Positions 42,238 to 52,918 of a stretch of 64,000 nt of DNA are shown here, piece after piece. The notes below the pieces were generated by a model. That model had not been told where the DNA came from. It worked only from the letters and a program-made list of their open reading frames with translations, and searched no databases. The stretch is from Alphaproteobacteria bacterium (GTDB lineage: Bacteria > Pseudomonadota > Alphaproteobacteria > JBKEAR01), in the NCBI GenBank assembly GCA_047972425.1, contig JBKEAR010000039.1, positions 20,127 to 84,126 on the forward strand, in the 5' to 3' direction. Made by a program: the position numbers and the translations under genes. Positions within the stretch are counted from its first letter, which is position 1. Every line of letters begins with the position of its first letter.

Positions 42238-43248
42238 ATGATAAAAAATCATGGAAAATTTCCGAATATTCGCCTACGCCGTAACAGAATGAAATCGTGG
42301 TCACGAGTGTTAACGCAAGAACATTGCTTGCAAACAAGCGATTTAATTTGGCCAATTTTTGTATGTGATAATGAAGGTGATTATGCCGAACCAATTGCAT
42401 CTTTGCCGGGGGTTTTTCGGTTATCGATTGATAAATTAATCGAATCAGCTAAAGAGGCTTATGCGCTCGGTATTCCTGCAATTGCCCTTTTCCCTTATGT
42501 GGAATCGCATTTAAAAACCGCCGATTGCAGTGAGGCTTGGAGTGATGATAATTTAATTGCCCGTTGTTTAAGGCGGTTAAATGCCGAGGTTCCGGAATTG
42601 GGTATAATTTGCGATATTGCCTTAGACCCTTACAACATCACAGGTCATGATGGTTTTGCCGCCAAAGATGGAACATTGCTTAATGATGAAACTTTGGAAG
42701 CCTTAGGTAAACAAGCCTTATGTATGGCAAAAAATGGCGCATCGGCTGTTGCACCAAGCGATATGATGGATGGCAGAATTGGTTATATACGTACATTATT
42801 AGAAGATAATGGATATAAAGACTTACCAATTATTGCTTATTCGGCTAAATATGCATCGGGCTATTATGGGCCTTTTCGTGATGCGGTTGGGAGCTCGGGT
42901 AATTTAAAAGGCGATAAAAAAAATTATCAGATGAACCCAGCCAATAGTGATGAAGCTATAAGAGAAGCTGCATTGGATATTCATGAAGGTGCGGATATGT
43001 TTATGGTGAAACCCGGTTTACCTTATTTGGATATTATCTATCGTATTAAAACAGAGCTAGGTGTGCCCACATTAGCTTATCAGGTATCGGGCGAGTATGC
43101 ACAAATTATGGCCGCAGTACAAAATGGTTGGTTAGATGAAGAACAAATTATTTTAGAAAGCCTAATTTGCTTTAAGCGCGCGGGTGCAGATGGAATATTA
43201 ACCTATTTTGCCCCTAAAGTTGCCAAATATTTACAATCGAAAAAATAA
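42238..43248 (+). CDS. hemB: Porphobilinogen synthase HemB
   Basis: ALAD TIM-barrel; active-site Lys regions (SAKYASGYYGPFRD); start ATG 42238, alternative 42226. Confidence 0.9.
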   Translation: MIKNHGKFPNIRLRRNRMKSWSRVLTQEHCLQTSDLIWPIFVCDNEGDYAEPIASLPGVFRLSIDKLIESAKEAYALGIPAIALFPYVESHLKTADCSEAWSDDNLIARCLRRLNAEVPELGIICDIALDPYNITGHDGFAAKDGTLLNDETLEALGKQALCMAKNGASAVAPSDMMDGRIGYIRTLLEDNGYKDLPIIAYSAKYASGYYGPFRDAVGSSGNLKGDKKNYQMNPANSDEAIREAALDIHEGADMFMVKPGLPYLDIIYRIKTELGVPTLAYQVSGEYAQIMAAVQNGWLDEEQIILESLICFKRAGADGILTYFAPKVAKYLQSKK

Positions 43249-43262
43249 AAAAGGAGAAAATT

Positions 43263-44339
43263 ATGGAAAGACGGAAGTTTTTAAAAAATGCATCACTCTC
43301 AGGTTTGGCTTTAGGCGCTGCAGCAGTGCCGGTTGTCGCCTCGGCTGAAGGTAAAAAGCATCAGTGGACAATGGTTACAGCCTTTGGTAAAGGTGGTATT
43401 TTGGGTGACCATGTAAAACGTATTGCGGATTGGATTATGTTTGCATCAAACGGACGCATTAACATAGAGCTTTATTATGCGGGTGAAGTTGTTGGTGCTT
43501 ACGAAAGCTTTAATGTTGTCGCCGAAGGCGAAGCACAAATCGGTGTGGGTGCCCCCTATTACTGGGCTAACCGTACACAAGCTTTTCAGTATGCATCGAC
43601 CATTCCTTTTGGCTTAACCTTAGATGAAGCCGTTACTTGGTTACAATATGGTGGCGGGCAAGAAGCAACCGATGCTTTATATGCAGCTAATAACACCAAA
43701 TTTTTTGCAGCTGGCGATACAGCTTTTCAGTGGGGGGGCTGGTTTAATAAAGAAATTAATACATTAGATGACCTTAAAGGTTTAAAACTCCGTATGCCGG
43801 GCTTGGGTGGTGAAATTCTTAAAGAGTTTGGTGCGTCTATCGTGAATATTCCGGGAACAGAGGTTTTACAAGCTTTATCCACCGGTGTAGTTGAGGGTGT
43901 AGAATGGGTATCGCCTGTGGCCGACTTGGGTGCTGGTTTACAAAAAGCAGCCAAATATTATTATGGCCCCGGTTGGCAAGAGCCCCATTCCTTCATTGAT
44001 TTATTTATCAATTTAGATGTTTGGAGCGAGCTTGATGATGATTTAAAACAAGCGATTGAGATTGTATCTCATTTAGCTATTTATGCCTGTGCCGAAGAGT
44101 TTTTAGCGAAAAATAACGAAGCCCTACAAACACTCATTACAGAAGGCGTAGAATTACGTACATTTAGTGATGATATTTTAAAGGCTTTTAAAGAAAAAAC
44201 AGATGAACTATTGCCAGTTTGGGCTGCGCAAGACCCATTAGGATTAGCTATTTATGAAAGCATTGTCAATTATCGTAAAACAATGTTGGAATATGCCGAA
44301 TATACAAGCCTTGCCTATGCACGAGCCCGCTCTTTTTAA
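43263..44339 (+). CDS. dctP: TRAP transporter solute-binding protein (DctP family) with Tat/Sec signal
   Basis: RRKFLK twin-Arg signal; DctP-family fold; AAGGAGAAAA RBS. Confidence 0.8.
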   Translation: MERRKFLKNASLSGLALGAAAVPVVASAEGKKHQWTMVTAFGKGGILGDHVKRIADWIMFASNGRINIELYYAGEVVGAYESFNVVAEGEAQIGVGAPYYWANRTQAFQYASTIPFGLTLDEAVTWLQYGGGQEATDALYAANNTKFFAAGDTAFQWGGWFNKEINTLDDLKGLKLRMPGLGGEILKEFGASIVNIPGTEVLQALSTGVVEGVEWVSPVADLGAGLQKAAKYYYGPGWQEPHSFIDLFINLDVWSELDDDLKQAIEIVSHLAIYACAEEFLAKNNEALQTLITEGVELRTFSDDILKAFKEKTDELLPVWAAQDPLGLAIYESIVNYRKTMLEYAEYTSLAYARARSF

Positions 44340-44351
44340 CCAGAAAATACA

Positions 44352-44386
44352 ATAAAAAATGGGGTGTTTATCACTCCATTTTTTTA
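44352..44386. terminator. Bidirectional terminator between convergent dctP and dctM
   Basis: A6-AATGGGGTG-tttat-CACTCCATT-T6. Confidence 0.5.
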
Positions 44387-45775
44387 AAACAAATATTCGT
44401 GCCAATGCACCATATTCGGGACTAAAAATAATAATATCATCATAATAATTTGGATGATAACAAAAGGAATTGCGCCCCGATAAATATCGCTTGTATGGAT
44501 TTCTTTGGGAGCAACTCCCGATAGAAAAAATAGTGCAAATCCAAATGGGGGCGTTAGAAAGCTTGTTTGTAAATTTATACCCACCAATATACCAAACCAT
44601 AACGGATCCACCCCAAGGATTAAAATTGCCGGCGTAACAAGGGGAATAATAACAAAAATAATCTCCATAACATCTAAAAAGAAACCCAAAAAGAAGATAA
44701 AAAGCATAATAACAAACAAAGCGGCATATTTACCACCGGGGAGATTGGTTAAAAATTCCTCTATCACCCTATCGCCACTAAAACCGCGAAAAACTAAGTT
44801 AAACAAAGCTGCGCCGATTAAAATAGTAAATACCATTGTGGTAATGCGTACGCTTTCTTGGCTCACCCGAAAGAGTGTTTTAAAAGAGAAATTTTTACGG
44901 ATAAACCCATTAATGAAAGAAAGTACCATAGCCCCTACTGCACCAAAAGATGCTGATTCTGTGGGGGACGCAATGCCTAAAAACATCGAGCCCAATACAA
45001 CTAAAATGAGTGATAACGGAATAATAACCGCAATCAAAAACTCACCAATTGTTACTTTTTCCCCTTCTTGCAATAAAGGTGGGCAAGATTTAGGTGATGT
45101 CATCGCTTTATAGAGCAGATATAAAATATATAAACCAACCAAAATAAAACCCGGAATAAAAGCGGCTGCAAATAAATCTTTTGATGTGATGGGTATAAGG
45201 CTTGTATTGCTCGACTGCATAACAGCCGCAATTTGGCTAGATAATACAATAAGTACAATAGATGGGGGAATAATTTGGCCTAACGTGCCCGATGCTGTGA
45301 TTAAGCCTGTGGCTAATTTTTTATCGTAACCTGCTTTAAGCATAGTGGGTAGACTAATAAGCCCCATAACCACAACGGTAGAACCTGCAATACCGGTAGA
45401 TGCCGCAAGCAACATACCCACAATGATGATGGATAACCCTAACCCACCGGGGCGGTTACCAAAGGCTTTACCCATTGTTTCAAGCATATTTTTGGCAAGG
45501 TCGGATTTTTCGAGCATGATGCCCATAAAAATAAAAGGCGGAATAGCCAATAATGTTTGGTTTTCAATAATACCAAAAACTCTATCGGGGTAAGCTCTTA
45601 TAGGAAACCACTTAATTAAGCTTGGCTCAATCCAAGAGGCTAAAAAAGCAAATAATAATGCATTTCCACCCAAAACAAGAGCCACCGGATAGCCTGTTAA
45701 TAATAAAATGAATGTTGTGCTAAACATGGCAATAGCCCAATATTCGGGTGGTAAGGAGCCTAAAAATTCAATCAT
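44384..45775 (-). CDS. dctM: TRAP transporter large permease DctM
   Basis: 463 aa, about 12 TM, DctM family. Confidence 0.85.
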   Translation of the reverse strand: MIEFLGSLPPEYWAIAMFSTTFILLLTGYPVALVLGGNALLFAFLASWIEPSLIKWFPIRAYPDRVFGIIENQTLLAIPPFIFMGIMLEKSDLAKNMLETMGKAFGNRPGGLGLSIIIVGMLLAASTGIAGSTVVVMGLISLPTMLKAGYDKKLATGLITASGTLGQIIPPSIVLIVLSSQIAAVMQSSNTSLIPITSKDLFAAAFIPGFILVGLYILYLLYKAMTSPKSCPPLLQEGEKVTIGEFLIAVIIPLSLILVVLGSMFLGIASPTESASFGAVGAMVLSFINGFIRKNFSFKTLFRVSQESVRITTMVFTILIGAALFNLVFRGFSGDRVIEEFLTNLPGGKYAALFVIMLFIFFLGFFLDVMEIIFVIIPLVTPAILILGVDPLWFGILVGINLQTSFLTPPFGFALFFLSGVAPKEIHTSDIYRGAIPFVIIQIIMMILLFLVPNMVHWHEYLF

Positions 45776-46392
45776 TATACTTGCTCCTCACTGACTTCGG
45801 CAACAACTGGTTTTTTAAATTGTGCGCCAGCTTCGGGCTGCCCTAAAAGAACTAAAAAACTGCGACATATAAGGGCAATGATTTGTAAAATGAGGAGTAA
45901 TGCCGCCAAAACAATAAAATATTTTAATATCCAATAAAATGAAAGTCCATCGCTATATTGTGAGGTTAATTTTAAACTATAAGCATATTGAGCCTTACTT
46001 AATGCCTTAATAAAAAGATAGATTGTACAAGGTAAACCCAGAAAAAAACTACCCAAAATATTAACCCATGCCCGTACACGCGGTGTTGTATTTGCGTAAA
46101 AAATATCAATACGTACATGGCCATGATGCAACATTGTATAGCCTGTGGCAAAAGTGAATGTTATGGCAAACAGAATAATAGCGCTATCATCTAATTTACT
46201 ACTGGTAAATAAAAAGAGCTCCCGAAAAATGGATATGGAAAATGTTACTAAAATAAACACAACCATTGCAATTGTTGCAATAAAGCCAAAAGCCCTATTG
46301 ATATAACCACAAATCCATTCAATAAATTTTAAAAAACCAATCACTTTACAATATCCTTTTTCGGGCTTTTTTAAATTCGCTATCATCTTCAC
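45775..46392 (-). CDS. dctQ: TRAP transporter small permease DctQ
   Basis: 205 aa, 4 TM; ATGA overlap with dctM. Confidence 0.7.
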   Translation of the reverse strand: MKMIANLKKPEKGYCKVIGFLKFIEWICGYINRAFGFIATIAMVVFILVTFSISIFRELFLFTSSKLDDSAIILFAITFTFATGYTMLHHGHVRIDIFYANTTPRVRAWVNILGSFFLGLPCTIYLFIKALSKAQYAYSLKLTSQYSDGLSFYWILKYFIVLAALLLILQIIALICRSFLVLLGQPEAGAQFKKPVVAEVSEEQV

Positions 46393-46450
46393 AATATTTT
46401 GGTAAAGCTAATATAGCTTTTTCTTTAAAAGGTCTTTTCTTTTAAATTTT

Positions 46451-48724
46451 TTAGGCAAATAAGTTACTTTTCGGAAAGCCCGTTGGCGGCATGCGCCCAG
46501 CTTGCCCGCGTGCTCCAACCCACATGGTTAAATCTGTTTCGCTGCGGGTTCTTTCACCAAGTTGCCAACTTAAACCTTCTGCACTATTAAATGTTTTTGC
46601 ATCAGAGAGTTTGCCTAAGCGATAACGTTGTAAAATAACACCACGGCCACGCCCCATCTCGGGGAGTTCATCAAGCTTAAATACCAACATGCGTCTATTT
46701 TGACCGATAACGGCAATCATATCGTCATTTTTACCAATTGGGTAACAAACAAGTGCTCTTTCTCCTTTGGCCGGATTAAGAACTTGTTTTCCGGTTTTTG
46801 TAGAGGCTATGGCACTATCGGCTTCGGTAACAAAACCACGCCCATCACTCGATGCCACAAGCAATTTTTGCTCGGCCTGATAAGGGATAATTTTTACAAT
46901 GTCTCCATCTTCGGGTAAATCAACAATAATGCTTAATGGTTGGCCAAAACCACGCCCACCAGGGAGTTTATCGCAAGCGAGGGTAAAAAAGCGCCCTGTA
47001 GATGCAATGATAAGTAATTTATCGGTTGTATAAGCTTCTAGGGCAAAACGACCTTCATCACCTTCTTTATATTTTATATCATCTAAATTGACGTTATGTC
47101 CTTTAATCGCACGTACCCAACCTTGTTTAGAGCAAATAAAAGTTAACGGCTCTTTTTCGACTAAAGCATCAAAATCAACATCGTCAGAGATTGCCTCGGA
47201 GCCTGCAATTTCGGTTCGGCGTAACGAGAGCGCTTTATCGGCAGTAAATATCTTTTTAACTTCTTTAATGTCCGCCGCAATAGCCTTCCACTGAAGTTCA
47301 TCAGATGCAATTAATGCTGTAAGCTCATCACGTTCTGCCGAAAGAGAATCATGCTCGGATTTAATCTCAAATTCTTCTAATTTGCGTAATTGGCGTAAAC
47401 GCATATTTAAAATGGCTTCGGCCTGATTATCAGTTAGATTAAAGCGTTTAATCATTACAGGCTTTGGTTTGTCTTCCTCGCGGATGATTTTAATCACTTC
47501 ATCAATATTTAAGTAAGCAATTAATAAGCCCTCTAAAATCTCAAGCCGTGCAATGATTTTATCTAACCTATGTTGTGAGCGCCGCACCAAAACATCTTGC
47601 TTATGCACCAAAAAGGCTTTTAATACGTCATCAAGTGCCATTACATGGGGTACATGGTTGCTATCTAGCACATTCATATTTAAACCAAAGCGACTCTCTA
47701 AATCGGTGAGTTTAAAAAGTTGCTCCATAATAAGAGCAGCTTCGATATTTTTTGTGCGCGGCTCAATAACAATACGGATATTTTCATCAGATTCATCTCT
47801 GATATCGTTAACCGCTTGAATTTTTCGGCTGGTGATTAAATCGGCAATTTTCTCGATTAATTTTGCCTTTGGCACGGCATATGGAATTTCGGTAATGATA
47901 ATACGATACATACCATGGCTGAGTTTTTCTTCCTGCCACCGGGCACGAATACGTAAGCTTCCGCGGCCTGTTTGATAAGCCTTTAAGATGGTTTCTTGAT
48001 CTTCTACCAATACGCCACCTGTAGGGAAATCAGGCCCTTTAACATATTTTAATAAAGTTTCAATAGAAGCATTGGGTGACTTAATTAGATATAACAAAGC
48101 ATCGCAAAGCTCTAAAATATTATGGGGCGGAATATTGGTTGCCATACCCACAGCAATACCCGATGAACCATTGGCTAAAATATTGGGGAAACGTGCGGCT
48201 AAAACAACAGGCTCGGCATCTTCGCCATCGTAAGTTTCTCTAAAATCAACCGCATTTTCATTAAGCCCTTCTAACATCAACATCGCTGCAGGTGTTAAGC
48301 GCGCCTCGGTATAACGCATGGCCGCTGCGTTATCGCCATCGATATTACCAAAATTGCCTTGTCCCTCCACTAGTGGATAACGAACAGCAAATGTTTGTGC
48401 TAAACGAACCATGGCATCGTAAACTGCAGTGTCGCCATGAGGGTGATATTTACCAATGACATCGCCCACAACCCGCGCACATTTTTTAAACCCTTTGTTT
48501 GGGTCTAGATGCAGTTGGTTCATTGCATATAATAAACGCCGATGTACCGGTTTTAAACCATCGCGAACATCGGGTAATGAACGCGACATAATGGTAGACA
48601 TTGCATAGGCTAAATAGCGCTCACTTAAAGCCTCACCCAGCAATGTGTTTCTGATTTCGCCGGCATTTAATGTTTCGAGTTGTTCTTCAGACAAAATAGA
48701 CGCTCCGTAAATAGTGTAAGCCAA
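46451..48724 (-). CDS. parC: DNA topoisomerase IV subunit A (ParC)
   Basis: 757 aa; active-site Tyr region (AAMRYTEARL); GyrA/ParC box; shorter than GyrA. Confidence 0.85.
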   Translation of the reverse strand: MAYTIYGASILSEEQLETLNAGEIRNTLLGEALSERYLAYAMSTIMSRSLPDVRDGLKPVHRRLLYAMNQLHLDPNKGFKKCARVVGDVIGKYHPHGDTAVYDAMVRLAQTFAVRYPLVEGQGNFGNIDGDNAAAMRYTEARLTPAAMLMLEGLNENAVDFRETYDGEDAEPVVLAARFPNILANGSSGIAVGMATNIPPHNILELCDALLYLIKSPNASIETLLKYVKGPDFPTGGVLVEDQETILKAYQTGRGSLRIRARWQEEKLSHGMYRIIITEIPYAVPKAKLIEKIADLITSRKIQAVNDIRDESDENIRIVIEPRTKNIEAALIMEQLFKLTDLESRFGLNMNVLDSNHVPHVMALDDVLKAFLVHKQDVLVRRSQHRLDKIIARLEILEGLLIAYLNIDEVIKIIREEDKPKPVMIKRFNLTDNQAEAILNMRLRQLRKLEEFEIKSEHDSLSAERDELTALIASDELQWKAIAADIKEVKKIFTADKALSLRRTEIAGSEAISDDVDFDALVEKEPLTFICSKQGWVRAIKGHNVNLDDIKYKEGDEGRFALEAYTTDKLLIIASTGRFFTLACDKLPGGRGFGQPLSIIVDLPEDGDIVKIIPYQAEQKLLVASSDGRGFVTEADSAIASTKTGKQVLNPAKGERALVCYPIGKNDDMIAVIGQNRRMLVFKLDELPEMGRGRGVILQRYRLGKLSDAKTFNSAEGLSWQLGERTRSETDLTMWVGARGQAGRMPPTGFPKSNLFA

Positions 48725-48771
48725 TATATTAGTGAAAATTGCTTAGCAAATCAAGCAACTTAAAGTGAAAA

Positions 48772-49482
48772 CTAAATTAATCGAACGATTAATCGTTCCC
48801 GAGCCGCAGGTAAGATAGCCTGATGAAAATCCAATGATTTTTGTAAGAAAAACCCCGATAGCCGAAAGCCATCGATTAAATCTTTATTTGTTGGGATATG
48901 GTTGGTAGAGATAATAAATTTGGGTAAGGGTAAAAGCTGTTCTTTCCATGGTAATCCGGCCGAATAACATGCCGCTTTGCCTGAGTTGGGTGAAACCCAA
49001 GCAAGATTTTCGGTGCTGCCAGTTAAGGCACATTGGCTTAAATCGAGCCCAAAACCGATATCTGCTAATAATTGAATTTCCCAACGAATATATAAAATTG
49101 CCCAATATGGGGAGTTGATATGTTCTAAAAGCCCAATAAGTGATTGATAAATATGCGGGTAACTTTGGCGTTCGGGCAATAGTTGGTTAATAAGGGTAAG
49201 TGCCGAAACCATACTATCTAAATATACGGGATTATCCATTAATTGAGACCAATAAAGCTGTTGCGGCTCTAATGTAAAGCGCCCCAACTGATTATCGAGC
49301 CTTGCTTGCCATGTGGCTTTTACTTGGCTGCCGATTTGCAAAAAAGCTTTATTTTTTTTATTTTTTACACCCGAAAACAAGCCCATATATTTGCCTTGTT
49401 GAGCCGTAAGTATGCTAAGTGTAGCACTATTTTCGCCTGTGGGCTTTATATTTAAAATGACACCATCATCAACCCATCGCAT
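48772..49482 (-). CDS. recO: DNA repair protein RecO
   Basis: N-terminal OB-fold (MRWVDDGVILNIKP); conserved recO-era-rnc synteny. Confidence 0.8.
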   Translation of the reverse strand: MRWVDDGVILNIKPTGENSATLSILTAQQGKYMGLFSGVKNKKNKAFLQIGSQVKATWQARLDNQLGRFTLEPQQLYWSQLMDNPVYLDSMVSALTLINQLLPERQSYPHIYQSLIGLLEHINSPYWAILYIRWEIQLLADIGFGLDLSQCALTGSTENLAWVSPNSGKAACYSAGLPWKEQLLPLPKFIISTNHIPTNKDLIDGFRLSGFFLQKSLDFHQAILPAARERLIVRLI

Positions 49483-49485
49483 GGT

Positions 49486-50379
49486 TTATACCGAAAAATC
49501 TAATCCCCATTTTTCAAAATGGGAGCGATCTTCTGACCAATTAGGGCGAATACGGACTTGCAAGAACAAATGAACTTTTGTATCTAATATTTGGCTGAGC
49601 TCAATACGTGATGCTTTACCGATATTTTTAATCATTTGCCCTTTATGCCCTAAAACAATGGCGCGTTGCGATTTGCGTTCTACATAAATAACTTGCTCAA
49701 TACGAACGGAGCCGTCATCTTGCTCGGTATAAACATCATTTTCTACTGCAATTGCATAGGGTAACTCTTGGTGTAAATATTCATAAATTTTTTCGCGGGT
49801 AATCTCAGCCGCGAGCATACGCATAGGAAGGTCGGAAAGTTGATCCTCCGGATAATGCCATGGACCTTGGGGCATATGATCATATAAATATTTCACTAAA
49901 TCATCAACGCCGCTACCGTTAAGTGCCGATATCATAAAGCTTTGCTCAAAAGATAAAACCGTATTGATTTCTTGGCTAAGAGATAAAAGTTTATCTCGGG
50001 CAATGGTATCGATTTTATTAAGAGCTAAAATCAAAGGTGTTTTGACTTCTTCTTTTAAACGCAATAGCATTTCGCGTAATTTTTTGGTAAGACCTGCATT
50101 GGCATCGATGATAACAATAGTCATATCCCCTTCGGTTGTTCCTTGCCAAGCTGCTTGAACCATTGCTTTATCCAAGCGGCGTTTTGGTTGGAATATACCG
50201 GGGGTGTCTTGCAAAATAATTTGGGCGTCATTGACGATTGCCACACCTAAAATTCGATTACGTGTCGTTTGAACTTTATGCGATGTAATACTGACTTTTG
50301 CCCCAACAATTTTGTTAACAAGTGTTGATTTACCCGCATTGGTTAAACCAAAAACAGTCACAAATCCACATTTTGTCAT
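49486..50379 (-). CDS. era: GTPase Era
   Basis: G1 GLTNAGKST, G3 DTPG, C-terminal KH domain. Confidence 0.9.
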   Translation of the reverse strand: MTKCGFVTVFGLTNAGKSTLVNKIVGAKVSITSHKVQTTRNRILGVAIVNDAQIILQDTPGIFQPKRRLDKAMVQAAWQGTTEGDMTIVIIDANAGLTKKLREMLLRLKEEVKTPLILALNKIDTIARDKLLSLSQEINTVLSFEQSFMISALNGSGVDDLVKYLYDHMPQGPWHYPEDQLSDLPMRMLAAEITREKIYEYLHQELPYAIAVENDVYTEQDDGSVRIEQVIYVERKSQRAIVLGHKGQMIKNIGKASRIELSQILDTKVHLFLQVRIRPNWSEDRSHFEKWGLDFSV

Positions 50380-51065
50380 TTAGGAGATACTTTCATTAAT
50401 AGATTTTGCGCTGCTATTCGCTCGGCCTTTTTTTTATTTTTTGCCGTGGCCGATGCTTTTTTATTACCTACAGAAACCTCAACAACAAACTCAGGGTCAT
50501 GGTCGGGGCCAGTTTGTTCGATAATAGTGTATAAGGGTAAATCATAACCTTTTTTTTGCGCCCATTCTTGTAAAGCCGATTTTGCATCTTTAGGGGCATC
50601 TCCTGCGCGCAAAAAGTTGTACCATAAATCGTTAATAAACTCATTACAGTAACTTAAACCATATTCTAAATAGAAATACGCAATTAATGCCTCTACGGCA
50701 TCGGATAATATTGCCGGATTTTCTCTGCCACCGGATTTTTCTTCGGAAAATGACATTAAGATATGCTCGTTAATTTTAATTTTGAGCGCCACCTGAGAAA
50801 TAACATCGCGGCTGGCCAACCAAGCTAAACGCCGTGCCAAATGCCCCTCTTTTTCCTTTGGGTAAAGTTTATATAAGCTTTCGGCTATAACCAAACCCAA
50901 AATACGATCGCCTAAAAATTCTAATCGCTCGTTACTCTTTCCCTTGCCCCCCGCTTTTTTAGAGATACTATCGTGGGTGAGCGCCGTACGAAAAAGCTTT
51001 TCGTTCACAAGAGTTTTTTGGGATAATTGATTAATCCATAATATGGTTTTTTTGGTAAGTATCAT
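50376..51065 (-). CDS. rnc: Ribonuclease III
   Basis: ERLEFLGDRIL signature plus dsRBD; overlaps era (4 nt) and lepB (35 nt). Confidence 0.9.
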   Translation of the reverse strand: MILTKKTILWINQLSQKTLVNEKLFRTALTHDSISKKAGGKGKSNERLEFLGDRILGLVIAESLYKLYPKEKEGHLARRLAWLASRDVISQVALKIKINEHILMSFSEEKSGGRENPAILSDAVEALIAYFYLEYGLSYCNEFINDLWYNFLRAGDAPKDAKSALQEWAQKKGYDLPLYTIIEQTGPDHDPEFVVEVSVGNKKASATAKNKKKAERIAAQNLLMKVSPK

Positions 51066-51885
51066 AATCTTTATCCGTATACATTTTCATAAATATGCGT
51101 TTTCCTTTTAGACTTTGGAAAAAGTTAAAATTGATATAGGTTGCTTTACCTAAAAGATATGTTTCTTCAACAGTTCCCCAATCTCGTGAATCGGCAGAAA
51201 GATCCCGATCATCACCCATAAAGAAATAATGTTTATCGGGGATAACAAATGTTTGTGTATTATCAAATTGTGCACCAGATATTGGTAGTATCCGATTATT
51301 TTTATCTAAAGCTTCAACCTCATATACAATATAATTTTGCCCGTTTGGCATATATTCACGGTAACGTGTAAAGACTGAATCGCTCCGATTATGTTTGATA
51401 ATATGGTCGATTTTTTCTTTTTTTAATGGGACATCATTAATATAAACAACACCATTAACCACTTTTAAACGCTCCCCCGGTAAACCGAGTAACCGTTTAA
51501 CCATAATGCGACCATCGGAAGGGCGTTTAAAAACAATGACATCTCCCCTTTTAGGCTCACCCCCTAATATTTTTAAACGGCCATCAGGAACAAAAGGAGC
51601 CGTAAAAAATGAAGGTGATTTTTTAGAATATCCATAGGCCATTTTATTAACTGATATAAAATCGCCAATTTCTAATCGGGGCAACATCGATTCTGATGGA
51701 ATACGAAAAGGTTCCCATAAAAATGTGCGTATCGCAAGGAGAATTGCTAAAAGAACCACTATTGAGCGAATAATCTCTTGAGGTGTCTCTTTCTTTTTAT
51801 TGCGTTTTTTATTTTTTTTGCTGCTACCGCTAATATCGTTATCTTCGGTAACTATATTCTCTATAATCTCGGATTTATCGGCCAT
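51031..51885 (-). CDS. lepB: Signal peptidase I LepB
   Basis: Box B SESMLP, box D/E GDDRDLSADSR. First ATG at 51885 with AAGGAG upstream; the track start at 51894 is a TTG. Confidence 0.85.
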   Translation of the reverse strand: MADKSEIIENIVTEDNDISGSSKKNKKRNKKKETPQEIIRSIVVLLAILLAIRTFLWEPFRIPSESMLPRLEIGDFISVNKMAYGYSKKSPSFFTAPFVPDGRLKILGGEPKRGDVIVFKRPSDGRIMVKRLLGLPGERLKVVNGVVYINDVPLKKEKIDHIIKHNRSDSVFTRYREYMPNGQNYIVYEVEALDKNNRILPISGAQFDNTQTFVIPDKHYFFMGDDRDLSADSRDWGTVEETYLLGKATYINFNFFQSLKGKRIFMKMYTDKDYDTYQKNHIMD

Positions 51886-52312
51886 AAATGCCAAGCTCCT
51901 TAGCTAGTTTTTTATCAATTGCGGAAATGATAACAATTCCATGGGCTAAAGGATACTCGTCTGTAAGAGAAACGTCAATCTTTGGGTAGTAATTTTTGGG
52001 GGTGAGTTCTAAAACACGCTTATAAGCCCCGCCCGTTAGACGAATTGTTGGTTGGCCCGATGGTAAATGAATAACCTCCATATCGCGCCAAAAAACCCCT
52101 TTACGCAAGCCTGTACCTAAAGCTTTTGAACATGCTTCTTTAGCTGCCCATCGTTGTGCCAAGCGTGCCGATGGATTTTTACGCCGAAATGAAGATTCAA
52201 TTTCTTGTTGGGTATAAATACGATTTAAAAAACGCTCGCCAAATTTTTTAATTGTATTATCAATGCGTGTAATATCCGCTAAATCGGTACCTACCCCTAA
52301 AATAATGCCCAT
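51875..52312 (-). CDS. acpS: Holo-[acyl-carrier-protein] synthase AcpS
   Basis: GVGTDLADITRI, AAKEACSKALGTG. Confidence 0.85.
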   Translation of the reverse strand: MGIILGVGTDLADITRIDNTIKKFGERFLNRIYTQQEIESSFRRKNPSARLAQRWAAKEACSKALGTGLRKGVFWRDMEVIHLPSGQPTIRLTGGAYKRVLELTPKNYYPKIDVSLTDEYPLAHGIVIISAIDKKLAKELGIYGR

Positions 52313-52899
52313 TAAATGCTCTCCTTATCCTGTATATTATTATTTTTGCCTCTAGCTAATATTAATTTTCTTTTTTGCCGGATAGTTACCAAAATAATAT
52401 AGACAATATAGCGGGTAATTAACCAAATGGGAATGAATAAGATGAGTGAGCTGAGCATCATTATTTTGAGTAAAGGCATAATATCGTGTAAAATGATTTG
52501 AAACATATGCCAAAAATTATTGAAATCATGATTAAAAACAGATGCCCGAAAATAATAACCAATTTGGTTTAATTGGTGTAAATCATTTAACTCGCCATTA
52601 TATTTATTATCAAAAATAAAAAGACCAAATCCATACACAAATAGCCAAATAAACGGAAATGTAATAGGATTACCAATAAAAGTTCCCATTATCCCTGCCC
52701 AAATATTTTTGCGGTGCAATTTGCAAGCAATAATTGTTAGCAGAAGGTGAAAACCTAATAATGGTGTAAATGATATTGCAACACCCCATGCAAACCCTGC
52801 GGCCAATGAATCTTCGGCATCATTTTTTCGGCTCATTTTAAATATTAAATACTGAAACCACCGATGCGGATAACGGAGCGACCAAATTAAATTTTTCAT
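52312..52899 (-). CDS. DUF2062 membrane protein
   Basis: Polytopic; conserved GNPxTFP region. Confidence 0.5.
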   Translation of the reverse strand: MKNLIWSLRYPHRWFQYLIFKMSRKNDAEDSLAAGFAWGVAISFTPLLGFHLLLTIIACKLHRKNIWAGIMGTFIGNPITFPFIWLFVYGFGLFIFDNKYNGELNDLHQLNQIGYYFRASVFNHDFNNFWHMFQIILHDIMPLLKIMMLSSLILFIPIWLITRYIVYIILVTIRQKRKLILARGKNNNIQDKESI

Positions 52900-52918
52900 T
52901 TTGCTATATCATTATGCA

